This document shows, one piece after another, positions 27,884 to 37,044 of a DNA stretch of 64,000 nucleotides. The first letter of the stretch is position 1. Each line of letters begins with the position of its first letter. The position numbers and the translations under genes were made by a program. The DNA lies in assembly GCA_000433255.1 (NCBI GenBank), contig HF998230.1:9589-73588 (forward strand). The letters are read 5' to 3'. Origin of the DNA: Coprobacillus sp. CAG:605 (GTDB lineage Bacteria; Bacillota_I; Bacilli_A; RF39; UBA660). A model generated the notes under the pieces. It did no database searches, was not told the DNA's origin, and saw only the letters and a program-made list of their open reading frames with translations.

Positions 27884-30118
27884 ATGTCCAAAGTAGTAAA
27901 AAAATATAAATACGAAATCCTAGCGTTTTTATTTTCCTTTTTAGTTGGATGCTTAGTAATTTTACCCAATACAATTTTAGGAAAAGGTCTATTTTTTCTA
28001 GGTGCCGACTTAAATTTACAACAAATGGTATTCGGTGAAGTTATTAATTATTCATTAAAAGAGGGTAGTTATCTATGGACTTGGTTTAATGACTTAGGAA
28101 GCAACTTTATAGGAACATTCAGTTTTTATAATTTATTTAGTCCTTTTAATATTATTACATATTTATTTCCTGCAACCTGGTATCCCTATTTATGTCCATT
28201 TTTAATGATTATTAAATTCGGAGTATCTGGTTTAACTTCCTATTTATTTTTAAAACGCTACGTTAAAGATAAAAAGTTAGTAGTACTAGGATCTTTATTA
28301 TATTCTTTTTCAGGCTTTCAATTTACCAACATGCTTTTTCATTTTTATGATTCCGTCGTTTTATTTCCTTTGCTTTTATATAATCTAGATAATTTAGTAT
28401 ATGATAATAAAAAAGGATGTTTTTCTTTAACTATTTCTTTGCTAGCGTTTACCAACTGGTTTATGTTTATCGGGCAAGTAGTTTTTATTGTTATTTACTA
28501 TCTTATTAAAATTATTTGTAAAAGTTATACTTTCAATGTAAAAAAGTTCTTTTCCATTTTATTAGAAGGAGTACTAGGAACTTTAATTGCCAGTGTTGTT
28601 TTAATACCTTCCTTATTATTTACCATTTCTAATCCTAGAATCAATAATAGTTTTACTTTAATTAGTTCATTAAAATATAGTAGTATAATCAATTATATTG
28701 AAATATTTAGAACATTTTTCTTTCCCTCAGAAGTAATGAATCCAAGAGCATATTTGGATATTGCTAATTACGATAGTATTGATTTATATCTTCCTTTTGT
28801 TGGCTCTGCTTTAGCAATTTCTTATGCGTTTAAAAGAAGAAAAAACTGGCTTAGTATATTGATATTTACCTGTATTTTATTTATGTTCATCCCGATACTT
28901 AATAGTTCGTTTTTCTTATTTACAACCAAATACTATGCCAGATGGTTTTATATGCCAGCTCTTATTTTGTCTTTACTTTCCATAAAATGTATAGAAGAAA
29001 ATCTTAGTATCAAAACAGGTATTATTACTTCCTTTTTAAGTTTATTAGTAATGATTTTAATTTACTTATTATTAACATATAAATATCCCAATACTGAGTA
29101 TATTCATGATATTAACTATCTAATTATGATAATTAGTTTTATGATTATTAATTTAATTACACTCACAATTATATATAGATCTAAAAATAGAGTTAAGTAT
29201 TTATATATCTTTGTTACACTATTTTCTACTATCTGGTCCAATTACTCAATTTATAAATATCGCAATAACAATCTTGAATATAACCAAAAATATTATGATT
29301 ATATAAATAGTTATAAAGAAATAAAATTTGATAACTTAGTTAGAAGTAATTCATTTTCTAATTGCTACTATAATCAAGGAATGATTTTTAAAAATAGCAA
29401 CTTATGGTCTTTTAATACTAATATATCTGGACAAGCATTTGAATTTTATAATAGTGTTGATTATCCAAGAGCTGTTTTGACTAATATTGAAGTCAATAAT
29501 CCTTTAAATGATTTTTTATCAGTAAAATATTTTATTTCATGTACTAATGAAGAGAGCGAAGAGTATAAACTTTATAAAAAGACTGATAATTATCAAATCT
29601 ATTTAAATAACAATTATAAAGACCTAGGTTTTGTATTTAATAATTATATAAGTAATGAAGAATTTCTAAGTAAAAATACCTTAGAAAAATACCAAATTAT
29701 AAATAACACAATTGTACTTAATAATGATCAAATTAATAAGTATAAAGATCTTTATAACGACGATGTTAAAGTATTCTCTAATACTTTTAAATTTATTAAT
29801 AATGGTTTTAATTCTAAAATTGATGTTTCTAAAGATACTTTAGTTTTATATACTATTCCCTATGATAAGGGATGGAGAGCATTTGTTAATGAATCCAAAG
29901 TAGAAATTGAAAAAGTTGATAATGGTTTAATAGCAATTAAGATAAATAAAGGCGTTAATAATATAGCATTTACATATTATCCACCTGGTCTAAAGGCTGG
30001 GTTAATATTAACCATTGTTTCATTTATTATTTTACTTGCCTATATTTTTCTAAACAACAAGTCTTTGATTTATAAGAAAATTTTCTCAGTATTTTATAAA
30101 AAACAATCTTTATTATGA
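27884..30118 (+). CDS. YfhO-family polytopic membrane protein (GT-C-like glycosylation factor)
   Basis: About 745 aa with more than 12 TM segments, a C-terminal extracytoplasmic domain and a final TM. N-terminal pattern ..FLGADLNLQQMVFGEVINYSLKEGS..W.W is typical of YfhO proteins. Confidence 0.75.
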   Translation: MSKVVKKYKYEILAFLFSFLVGCLVILPNTILGKGLFFLGADLNLQQMVFGEVINYSLKEGSYLWTWFNDLGSNFIGTFSFYNLFSPFNIITYLFPATWYPYLCPFLMIIKFGVSGLTSYLFLKRYVKDKKLVVLGSLLYSFSGFQFTNMLFHFYDSVVLFPLLLYNLDNLVYDNKKGCFSLTISLLAFTNWFMFIGQVVFIVIYYLIKIICKSYTFNVKKFFSILLEGVLGTLIASVVLIPSLLFTISNPRINNSFTLISSLKYSSIINYIEIFRTFFFPSEVMNPRAYLDIANYDSIDLYLPFVGSALAISYAFKRRKNWLSILIFTCILFMFIPILNSSFFLFTTKYYARWFYMPALILSLLSIKCIEENLSIKTGIITSFLSLLVMILIYLLLTYKYPNTEYIHDINYLIMIISFMIINLITLTIIYRSKNRVKYLYIFVTLFSTIWSNYSIYKYRNNNLEYNQKYYDYINSYKEIKFDNLVRSNSFSNCYYNQGMIFKNSNLWSFNTNISGQAFEFYNSVDYPRAVLTNIEVNNPLNDFLSVKYFISCTNEESEEYKLYKKTDNYQIYLNNNYKDLGFVFNNYISNEEFLSKNTLEKYQIINNTIVLNNDQINKYKDLYNDDVKVFSNTFKFINNGFNSKIDVSKDTLVLYTIPYDKGWRAFVNESKVEIEKVDNGLIAIKINKGVNNIAFTYYPPGLKAGLILTIVSFIILLAYIFLNNKSLIYKKIFSVFYKKQSLL

Positions 30119-30156
30119 TATAATACACTTAGAATATAAAAGTAAGGAGAGTAGCG

Positions 30157-33100
30157 ATGAAGAAAAATGGTTATACATTAGTCGAATTAATTATTACAAT
30201 GGCATTACTTGCTCTAGCATCAACAGTTATCATTGTTAATATGCAAGGTGTAGAATCTAAACAAAATAAATCCTTGAAAGAACGTCGTATTGCTGAAATT
30301 GAAAAAGCCGCCTGCTCGGCCATTGATTCTCTCCAAGCCGAAATAATAACTGGTCAAAACCGGGATAATTGTCTTGCCAATGGCTGCAAGATAAAATTAT
30401 CTAAATTAGTTAGTGAAGGTATCATTGATGAAGATTTAGACTTTGACTCTGATGGTACAAAAATAGTTGATATTAAAGATCTTTATTCAGTTGGTATTAA
30501 ATGGGATACCACAAGTGATGGTTATAAAGAAAAAAAATGTGAATTTGAACTTCGTGATCTTGATACTGATCCAATTGATCCCAATCCAACGCCTGATCCC
30601 AATCCTGACCCTGGCCCAACGCCGGATCCTAATCCTGACCCTGACCCTAATCCTGACCCAACACCAGAACCAGATCCTGTTTCTTCTAGTTTTGGTTATA
30701 CCGGTTCAGTTCAAAAATATATTGTTCCCAAAACAGGTGTTTATAAACTTGAAACTTGGGGTGCTCAAGGTGGATCAACATCAGGATGTATAGGAGGATA
30801 TGGGGCTTATAGTACGGGCGAAATAACTTTGAAAAAAGATGATGTAATTTACATTACTGTTGGTGGGTCTGGATTAGGCTACACAACTCATCGCCCTTTA
30901 TCTGGAGGTTATAATGGTGGCGGTGGTTCTAGTCCGACAAGTGACACTAATGAAATAACTGCCTCTGGTGGTGGAGCTACTCACATTTCCAAAACTAATA
31001 AGGGCACTTTATCAAATTATTCTAGTAATGATGAGATTTATATCGTTTCTGCTGGTGGTGGCGGTGCTGCTGCGAATAAAGCCATAATGTGTGTTAATGG
31101 TGGTGCTGGTGGTGGAATATCTGGCAATAATGGTGGACGTTATGAAGAAAACACTACCGATGCTAGAATTAGCGCTATTGGATATGGTGGCACCCAAAAT
31201 CGAGGTGGCTCATATTTCAATCAAACAACAAGTGGTAGTGGTGGTATTGCATCTGGAGTATTTGGCTCTGGGGCTAGTGGAAATTATACTGGCGCTGGTG
31301 GCGGCTACTATGGTGGTGGCGTCAGCCATTGTTCCGCCGGCGGTGGCTCAAGTTATATAGGAAATTCGGACTTATCCAATAAAGCCATGTACTGCTATAA
31401 TTGCGCTACTTCAAATGCCGCAAATACCAAAACAATAAGTGTAACATGTCATAGTGATACAGCAACATCAAACTGTGCTAAAGAAGGCACAGGATATGCT
31501 AAAATATCATATGTTAAAGCTTCTACTGAAGATCAAGAAATTTCTAATCCAAGTCCTGCTAAATTTGACTATACAGGTTCAGTTCAAGAATACACAGTTA
31601 TCAAAACTGGCAAATATAAACTTCAAGTTTGGGGAGCCCAAGGTGGTAGTGACAGTCCAAGCGATGGTGGTGTGGGTGGTTATTCGGAAGGCAAAATTGA
31701 ATTAACCAAAGGCAGCAAATTGTATATTGCTGTCGGTGGCCAAGGCTCACCATACACTAGAAAAGCCAAAAGCAATGGTGGCTTTAATGGTGGTGGATAT
31801 GGTGGCATCGTTAATGCCTCATCAAATCCTCAAGGAGGCTCTGGCGGTGGTGGAGCAACCCATATTGCATTAACTAACCAAACTCTTAACAATTTACAAG
31901 ACAAAAAAAGTGATATTTTAGTTGTCGCTGGCGGTGGCGGTGGCGGTGCTATGGTCCCTGGTGGAGCTGGTGGCGGAATATCAGGAAATAATGGAAATTA
32001 TGCCGACGATTATCCAACATATTTTGGTAGTGGTGGAACCCAAACTAGTGGTGGATATGATAACTACTTAAAAGATAACAAAGCCATCTTTGGCAAAGGT
32101 TCCGATCTTAACGAAGTAGGATATGGTGGCAATGGTGGCGGTGGTGGCTACTATGGCGGTGGCGGTACCAATCGTGCTCACAGTGGTGGTGGCGGTGGTT
32201 CTGGCTACATAGGAAACCCTAAATTGACTAACAAAATGATGTCATGCTTTAATTGCCAAGAATCTTCATCGGTTGATACGAAAACAATATCAACGACTTG
32301 CAAAAACTCATCACCCCTTGATAATTGTGCTAAAGTTGGTAATGGTTATGCCATAATATCTTATATAGATGGCACAAATACTGAAAAAACTACTGAGAGT
32401 TTTCAAACTAAGACTTATGACTTTACTGGTACGGAACAAACATTAAAGATTCCTGCCACTGGAACTTATAAACTAGAAATATGGGGAGCCCAAGGTGGTA
32501 ATTCATATGATGGAGTAGGTGGCTACGGCGGTTATTCTGTTGGAACTGTAACTTTAACTAAAGATAGTACACTATATATTCATGTTGGTGGTTCTGGATA
32601 TGATAGTAATTCTCCAGGCTATAATGGTGGCAAAGCCGATAATAACGCCACTAGTTATAATAGTGGTGGTGGCGCTACTCATATTGCCCTAACTAACCAA
32701 ACCCTTAACAATTTACAATATAAAAAGAGTGAAATATTAATTGTCGCCGGTGGTGGCGGCGCTGGAGAACGTGTTTATGGTGGCTCTGGCGGTGGCTATA
32801 TTGGGGCTGCTGGTTATACAATTGGCACTAATACTTATCCTTATTATGGGACAGGAGGAAGCCAAGCCCGAGGTGGAAATGGCTCTGTCATGTCATCTCA
32901 TGCTTCATCAGGGGTAATCAATGGTTCATTTGGCTTAGGCGGTTCTGGTTATAGTAGTACCGATACTGGAGCTTATGGCGGCGGTGGCTTCTTTGGTGGC
33001 GGTGGTACAACATATGCTGGAGGCGCCGGTGGTGGTTCTGGATATATTGGAAATTTGCTTCTAAAAAATAAAGCTATGTATTGCTATAACTGTGCTACAT

Positions 33101-33210
33101 CCAATGCCGCAGCCACAAAAACTATAAGTGTAACATGCCATAGTGCTAGTGCAACATCAAATTGCGCTAAGGAAGGCAATGGCTATGTAAGAATAACTAA
33201 AGTCTCATAA
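30157..33210 (+). CDS. prepilin-type N-terminus protein with small Cys-containing head, Pro-rich linker and three tandem glycine-rich modules (1017 aa)
   Basis: MKKNG/YTLVELIITMALLALASTVI fits the type IV pilin cleavage/methylation motif (G-[FY]-T-L-x-E plus 14 hydrophobic residues). Three ~270-aa repeats start F(G/D)YTG..Q.Y.V..TG.YKL..WGAQGG and end (M)YCYNCA..TKTISVTC..NCAKEGNGY. Confidence 0.85.
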   Translation: MKKNGYTLVELIITMALLALASTVIIVNMQGVESKQNKSLKERRIAEIEKAACSAIDSLQAEIITGQNRDNCLANGCKIKLSKLVSEGIIDEDLDFDSDGTKIVDIKDLYSVGIKWDTTSDGYKEKKCEFELRDLDTDPIDPNPTPDPNPDPGPTPDPNPDPDPNPDPTPEPDPVSSSFGYTGSVQKYIVPKTGVYKLETWGAQGGSTSGCIGGYGAYSTGEITLKKDDVIYITVGGSGLGYTTHRPLSGGYNGGGGSSPTSDTNEITASGGGATHISKTNKGTLSNYSSNDEIYIVSAGGGGAAANKAIMCVNGGAGGGISGNNGGRYEENTTDARISAIGYGGTQNRGGSYFNQTTSGSGGIASGVFGSGASGNYTGAGGGYYGGGVSHCSAGGGSSYIGNSDLSNKAMYCYNCATSNAANTKTISVTCHSDTATSNCAKEGTGYAKISYVKASTEDQEISNPSPAKFDYTGSVQEYTVIKTGKYKLQVWGAQGGSDSPSDGGVGGYSEGKIELTKGSKLYIAVGGQGSPYTRKAKSNGGFNGGGYGGIVNASSNPQGGSGGGGATHIALTNQTLNNLQDKKSDILVVAGGGGGGAMVPGGAGGGISGNNGNYADDYPTYFGSGGTQTSGGYDNYLKDNKAIFGKGSDLNEVGYGGNGGGGGYYGGGGTNRAHSGGGGGSGYIGNPKLTNKMMSCFNCQESSSVDTKTISTTCKNSSPLDNCAKVGNGYAIISYIDGTNTEKTTESFQTKTYDFTGTEQTLKIPATGTYKLEIWGAQGGNSYDGVGGYGGYSVGTVTLTKDSTLYIHVGGSGYDSNSPGYNGGKADNNATSYNSGGGATHIALTNQTLNNLQYKKSEILIVAGGGGAGERVYGGSGGGYIGAAGYTIGTNTYPYYGTGGSQARGGNGSVMSSHASSGVINGSFGLGGSGYSSTDTGAYGGGGFFGGGGTTYAGGAGGGSGYIGNLLLKNKAMYCYNCATSNAAATKTISVTCHSASATSNCAKEGNGYVRITKVS
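30565..30681 (+). repeat. Pro/Asp/Asn-rich linker encoded by degenerate CCn-GAY/AAY repeats (DPIDPNPTPDPNPDPGPTPDPNPDPDPNPDPTPEPDP)
   Basis: Read directly. Locally GC-rich, short-period repeat. Confidence 0.9.
30688..31515 (+). repeat. glycine-rich module 1 (aa ~178-453)
   Basis: Its 3' end (31381-31500) is near-identical at DNA level to the module 3 end (33068-33190). Confidence 0.85.
31561..32370 (+). repeat. glycine-rich module 2 (aa ~469-738)
   Basis: The central segment GGGATHIALTNQTLNNLQDKKSDILVVAGGGGG is shared nearly verbatim with module 3, including at DNA level (~31855-31940 vs ~32674-32760). Confidence 0.85.
32413..33207 (+). repeat. glycine-rich module 3 (aa ~753-1017)
   Basis: Starts YDFTGTEQTLKIPATGTYKLEIWGAQGG and ends MYCYNCATSNAAATKTISVTCHSASATSNCAKEGNGYVRITKVS. 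Confidence 0.85.
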
Positions 33211-33222
33211 CGAGACTTTTTT
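33199..33222 (+). terminator. rho-independent terminator of the pilin-like gene
   Basis: AAAGTCTC-ATAAC-GAGACTTT plus a T-run. The stop codon lies in the loop. Confidence 0.75.
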
Positions 33223-33233
33223 AATGTATTCTC

Positions 33234-33263
33234 TTGACAGGTATACCACCTACACCCTATAAT
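33234..33263 (+). promoter_or_regulatory. near-consensus promoter of the cop operon
   Basis: TTGACA (33234-33239), 18 nt, TATAAT (33258-33263). The spacer carries the C-rich element ATACCACCTACACCCTAT. Confidence 0.65.
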
Positions 33264-33273
33264 GACAATAGTG

Positions 33274-33573
33274 ATGAAAATGGAATGTGAAAAATGTACA
33301 AGAATGAAACATCGTACCGAAGAAGAAAAGAAAGACTTAAATAGACGTCTAAAAATAATTGCCGGCCAAGTAAATGGCATCTCTCAAATGATCGAAGACG
33401 ATAGATATTGCAATGACGTCCTAATTCAAATATCTTCCACCATAAACGCTTTAAAAAGTCTTGGTACCGAAATGCTCAAAAGCCACTTACGTACTTGTGT
33501 TGTAAAAGATATAAAAGATAATAAATTAGAAATCTTAGACGAAGTAGTAGACCTCTTTGGAAAAATTAAATAA
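33274..33573 (+). CDS. csoR: CsoR-family copper-sensing transcriptional repressor
   Basis: RLKIIAGQVNGISQMIEDDRYCNDVLIQISSTINALKSLGTEMLKSHLRTCV has the CsoR C-H-C ligand pattern. The start is uncertain (33274 or 33280) because the first ATG at 33262 overlaps the -10 box. Confidence 0.85.
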   Translation: MKMECEKCTRMKHRTEEEKKDLNRRLKIIAGQVNGISQMIEDDRYCNDVLIQISSTINALKSLGTEMLKSHLRTCVVKDIKDNKLEILDEVVDLFGKIK

Positions 33574-34167
33574 TGGCTAAAATCTATGTAAAAATCAAAG
33601 GCATTCACTGCCAAAACTGTGAAACAACTATCCAAAAGGCTTTATTAAAACTACCCCGTGTTAAAGAAGTTACAATCAAAAACTTTATTGCCCACATAAT
33701 TTATGAAGAACCCTTACTAACGATGAAATTATTAATGTTTACCCCAAGCTGGCTATATAGCCAAGGCTTCGTATATTAGAACTAACTTAAAAGAACTAAA
33801 AAAATCCGACTTAAACCAATCATTTTTAATACTTACTATCATAATCTTAATTATTTCTCTAACTTACAAAATATTTGGGTTTAACGTATTCAATGTCATT
33901 CCTACAATAGATAGTAACATTACTTATAACGGCTATCAAGATATCAAAGTAGAAGTAGCCAAACCCGTTAAAATGATAATCCATGTTGATAAAAAATACT
34001 TAACCGGCTGCAACAATTCTCTTATAATTCCCAAATATAATATTAACCAAGAATTAAAAACTGGCGATAACATAATAGAGTTCTATCCAACCAAAGAAGG
34101 TACTTTCATTTATACCTGTTGGATGAACATGTTAAAAAACAATATCAAAATTGTAAATAAACTATAG
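33573..34167 (+). pseudogene. HMA-TM-cupredoxin-like fusion gene broken by two 1-nt frameshifts
   Basis: Frame 0 gives the HMA domain (KIKGIHCQNCETTIQKAL..IIYEEPL). Frame 2 continues TNDEIINV. Frame 1 continues PQAGYIAKASYIRTNLKELKK, a TM, then ..IIPKYNINQELKTGDNIIEFYPTKEGTFIYTCWMNM. The shifts fall near 33716 (tta-cta) and 33738-33745 (TTT/CCCC runs). Confidence 0.75.
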
Positions 34168-34179
34168 AAAGGATTTTAT

Positions 34180-36360
34180 ATGCAAAAAATAATTTTAAAC
34201 ATTGGTGGTATGACTTGCAGTGCCTGTTCTTCATCCCTAGAAAAATATCTAAAAAAACAACCCGGTATCATTGATGCCAGCGTTAATCTTGTCCTAGCGC
34301 AAGCTCTTATTACTTATGAAGATAACCTAACTTTAAATACCATCGAAAAATATATTAAAGAAGCTGGCTTTAAATCTCTAGGTATATTCGACGAAACTAA
34401 ACTTAAGAAAAATAAACATTCTAAAACTCCTTTAATAATTTATGGTATCCTAGCATTACTAGTGTTATATATTGCTATGGCTCATATGTTAAAACTCCCC
34501 GTAATCTCATTCTTAAATATGATTAACCATCCTATAAACTATTCTATATGCCTTCTTATATTTTCTCTTATCTTCTTATTTTATGGTAAAGACATTATCC
34601 TAAATGGTTATAAAAATTTAATTCATAAAAGTCCTAACATGGATACTCTAGTAACAATTGGTGTTCTTTCTAGTTTCTTTTATAGTCTTTATAACACAGT
34701 TATGATTCTTAAAGGACACTCTATGTACGTAGAATCTTTATACTATGAATCTGTTTGTATAATCATTTACTTCTTAAAACTAGGTCGTTTCATTGATAAT
34801 ATAAATAAAGAAAAAACTTATGACGCCATTAAAGGGTTAGTAGAAATAACACCTAGTAAAGCCATAAAGCTTACTGATGGTAAGAGAGTAGAGATAACTT
34901 TAGATGAAATTCAAAAAGGTGATACTCTACTATGTCTTCCTGGTATGAAAATTGCTTGCGATGGTATTGTTAGTATGGGTACTACCTACGTTGATGAATC
35001 TTTTATTACCGGCGAATCAACCCCTGTTAAGAAAGAGGCTAATAGCAAAGTCGTAGCGGGCAGTCTAAATATTAATGGAGCCATTGAATACATTGCCCAA
35101 AACATTGGCAAAGATTCTACTATTTCAAAGATTGTTAACTTAGTCGTTGAAGCTACTAACACTAAACCAAAAATTGCCTCCCTAGCTGACAAAGTAAGCG
35201 GCATCTTTGTTCCTATTGTTATTATCTTAAGTATTCTAACATTCATTTTCTACATGATTTTCACTCATGATTTAAACCTTGCTCTAACTCATTTTGTAAC
35301 CATCTTAGTAGTGGCCTGTCCCTGTGCTCTAGGGCTAGCAACCCCTTTAAGTATCGTCGTTAGTGAAGGTAAGTGTGCTCAAAATGGTATCTTAATCAAA
35401 AAAAGTCAAATCCTAGAAGACGCCAGTAAAATCGATACAATAGTTATGGATAAAACTGGAACTATAACTTATGGTACATTAAAAATATCCAAACTTTATA
35501 ACTATAGTACTTATTCTGAAGATAAACTTTACTACCTTGTTGGGTGTATTGAAACTAACTCCAATCACCCCATAGCTAAATCTCTAATCAATAAAGATAC
35601 TAAATATGAAAAAGTAACAAACTTTAAAAACCTCGATGGTCTTGGACTAGAAGCTACTCTAAATAATAAAAAATATTACCTTGGTAACGCTAAGTTAGTT
35701 ACTAAGCTAGCTATCGAAAATACCCATTTCCAAGATGAACAAACTCTTACCCAAAATGGTTCTAGTATTATCTATGTTATTGAAAACAATATAATAATTG
35801 CCCTAATAGGTATAAAAGATATAATTAAAAAAGATATGAAAGAAGTAATATCTAAGTTAAAAGATTTGAATATCAATACTATAATGTTAACCGGCGATAA
35901 CGAGACTACTGCTAATCTAGTAGCTAAAGAACTAAATATCAAAGAAGTAATTGCCAATGTTTATCCCCAAGATAAGACTAACAAAATCAAGAGTCTTCAA
36001 AGTAAGGGTAAAAAAGTTATGATGGTGGGAGATGGTATTAATGATGCCCCAAGCCTTGCTACCGCCGATATAGGAGTAACTGTTACTAACGCTACGGATA
36101 TTGCCTCAAACTCCAGCGATGTTATCTTACTTAATGACTCTCTAATGAGTCTTGTAAGGCTAATTAACATCAGTACTAAAACCCTAAAAATAATTAAAGA
36201 AAACCTCTTCTGGGCTTTCTTCTACAATATCATAACTATTCCTATTGCCATGGGCTTACTAACTAGATTTAATATCAACATGAACCCCATGCTAGGATCA
36301 CTAGCTATGATGCTTAGTAGTCTTACCGTAATATTAAATGCCCTAAGACTTAGAAAATAA
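34180..36360 (+). CDS. copA: copper-translocating P1B-type ATPase
   Basis: N-terminal HMA GMTCSACSSS, TGES, CPC (VACPCALGLATP), DKTGT, SNHP and GDGINDAP. Confidence 0.95.
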   Translation: MQKIILNIGGMTCSACSSSLEKYLKKQPGIIDASVNLVLAQALITYEDNLTLNTIEKYIKEAGFKSLGIFDETKLKKNKHSKTPLIIYGILALLVLYIAMAHMLKLPVISFLNMINHPINYSICLLIFSLIFLFYGKDIILNGYKNLIHKSPNMDTLVTIGVLSSFFYSLYNTVMILKGHSMYVESLYYESVCIIIYFLKLGRFIDNINKEKTYDAIKGLVEITPSKAIKLTDGKRVEITLDEIQKGDTLLCLPGMKIACDGIVSMGTTYVDESFITGESTPVKKEANSKVVAGSLNINGAIEYIAQNIGKDSTISKIVNLVVEATNTKPKIASLADKVSGIFVPIVIILSILTFIFYMIFTHDLNLALTHFVTILVVACPCALGLATPLSIVVSEGKCAQNGILIKKSQILEDASKIDTIVMDKTGTITYGTLKISKLYNYSTYSEDKLYYLVGCIETNSNHPIAKSLINKDTKYEKVTNFKNLDGLGLEATLNNKKYYLGNAKLVTKLAIENTHFQDEQTLTQNGSSIIYVIENNIIIALIGIKDIIKKDMKEVISKLKDLNINTIMLTGDNETTANLVAKELNIKEVIANVYPQDKTNKIKSLQSKGKKVMMVGDGINDAPSLATADIGVTVTNATDIASNSSDVILLNDSLMSLVRLINISTKTLKIIKENLFWAFFYNIITIPIAMGLLTRFNINMNPMLGSLAMMLSSLTVILNALRLRK

Positions 36361-36374
36361 AAGGAGAAATAATT

Positions 36375-36608
36375 ATGTTTAATAAAGAAAAAACTATCAT
36401 TAAAATTGAAGGTATGAAGTGTCAACATTGTGCCTCTAAAGTATCAAATGCCTTAGAACATATTGAAGGCGTAAAAAAAGTAAAAATAAATTTAGATAAA
36501 AAAGAAGCTATTATAAAAAGTAAAGAAAAACTAGATACAACTAAACTTAAGAAAGCCATTACTGACTTAGATTACGAAGTAATAAGTATTGTAACCAATC
36601 ATGAATAA
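36375..36608 (+). CDS. copZ: copper chaperone CopZ (HMA domain)
   Basis: IKIEGMKCQHCASKVSNALEHIEGVKKVKINL. Confidence 0.9.
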   Translation: MFNKEKTIIKIEGMKCQHCASKVSNALEHIEGVKKVKINLDKKEAIIKSKEKLDTTKLKKAITDLDYEVISIVTNHE

Positions 36609-37044
36609 GATATTATATTACCTTATTATAACATTAGGTCTCTTCTTTTTATCAGGCTGCGAACAAACAACCAACAAAGATAAAATTGCTATCGAAACTC
36701 AAGATATTACAACCAAAGCTTAATTTCTAAATTATAAAGTTGATGATGTTACTATCCAACTAATCCATGTTCGCAGTACCGATGGCAAAGTAAGAATTGC
36801 CTTTAATACTTGTCAAGTATGTTCAATATCTTCTAAAGCGTACTTTATTCAAAGTGGAGAATACATTATCTATCAAAACTATGACACTAAGTTCCATATT
36901 AATAAAGTAGGAGAGAAAAATGGTGGTTGTAACCAACCTCCAGTAGAAGAACAAATTATTGAGGGTAATAGAATTATTCTATTTAAATCATATGTTGAAT
37001 CTTTCAAAGATAAATTTACTGATTGGCAAGGACCAACAAATTAG
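36601..37044 (+). pseudogene. DUF2318-like lipoprotein gene with in-frame TAA and lost Cys pair
   Basis: ATG overlaps the copZ stop. Lipobox LFFLSGC. TAA falls at codon 41 (36721-36723). Downstream in the same frame: DGKVRIAFNTCQVCSISSKAYFIQSGEYIIYQNYDTKFHINKVGEKNGGCNQPP, where the expected second CxxC reads YQNY. Confidence 0.75.

Noticed and set aside
30467-31705. Alternative-frame ORFs inside the glycine-rich gene (30467-30793, 31091-31360, 31454-31705, and 31012-31197 on the - strand).
   Set aside because: These are out-of-frame read-throughs of GGN-rich, stop-poor sequence. Their translations are low-complexity and they lack starts with RBSs.
33241-33258. A CsoR operator in the cop promoter spacer (ATACCACCTACACCCTAT).
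   Set aside because: It resembles the C-rich half of known CsoR operators (ATACCC..GGGGTAT) but lacks the complementary G-rich half, so it is not a palindrome. It is noted only as an element within the promoter feature.
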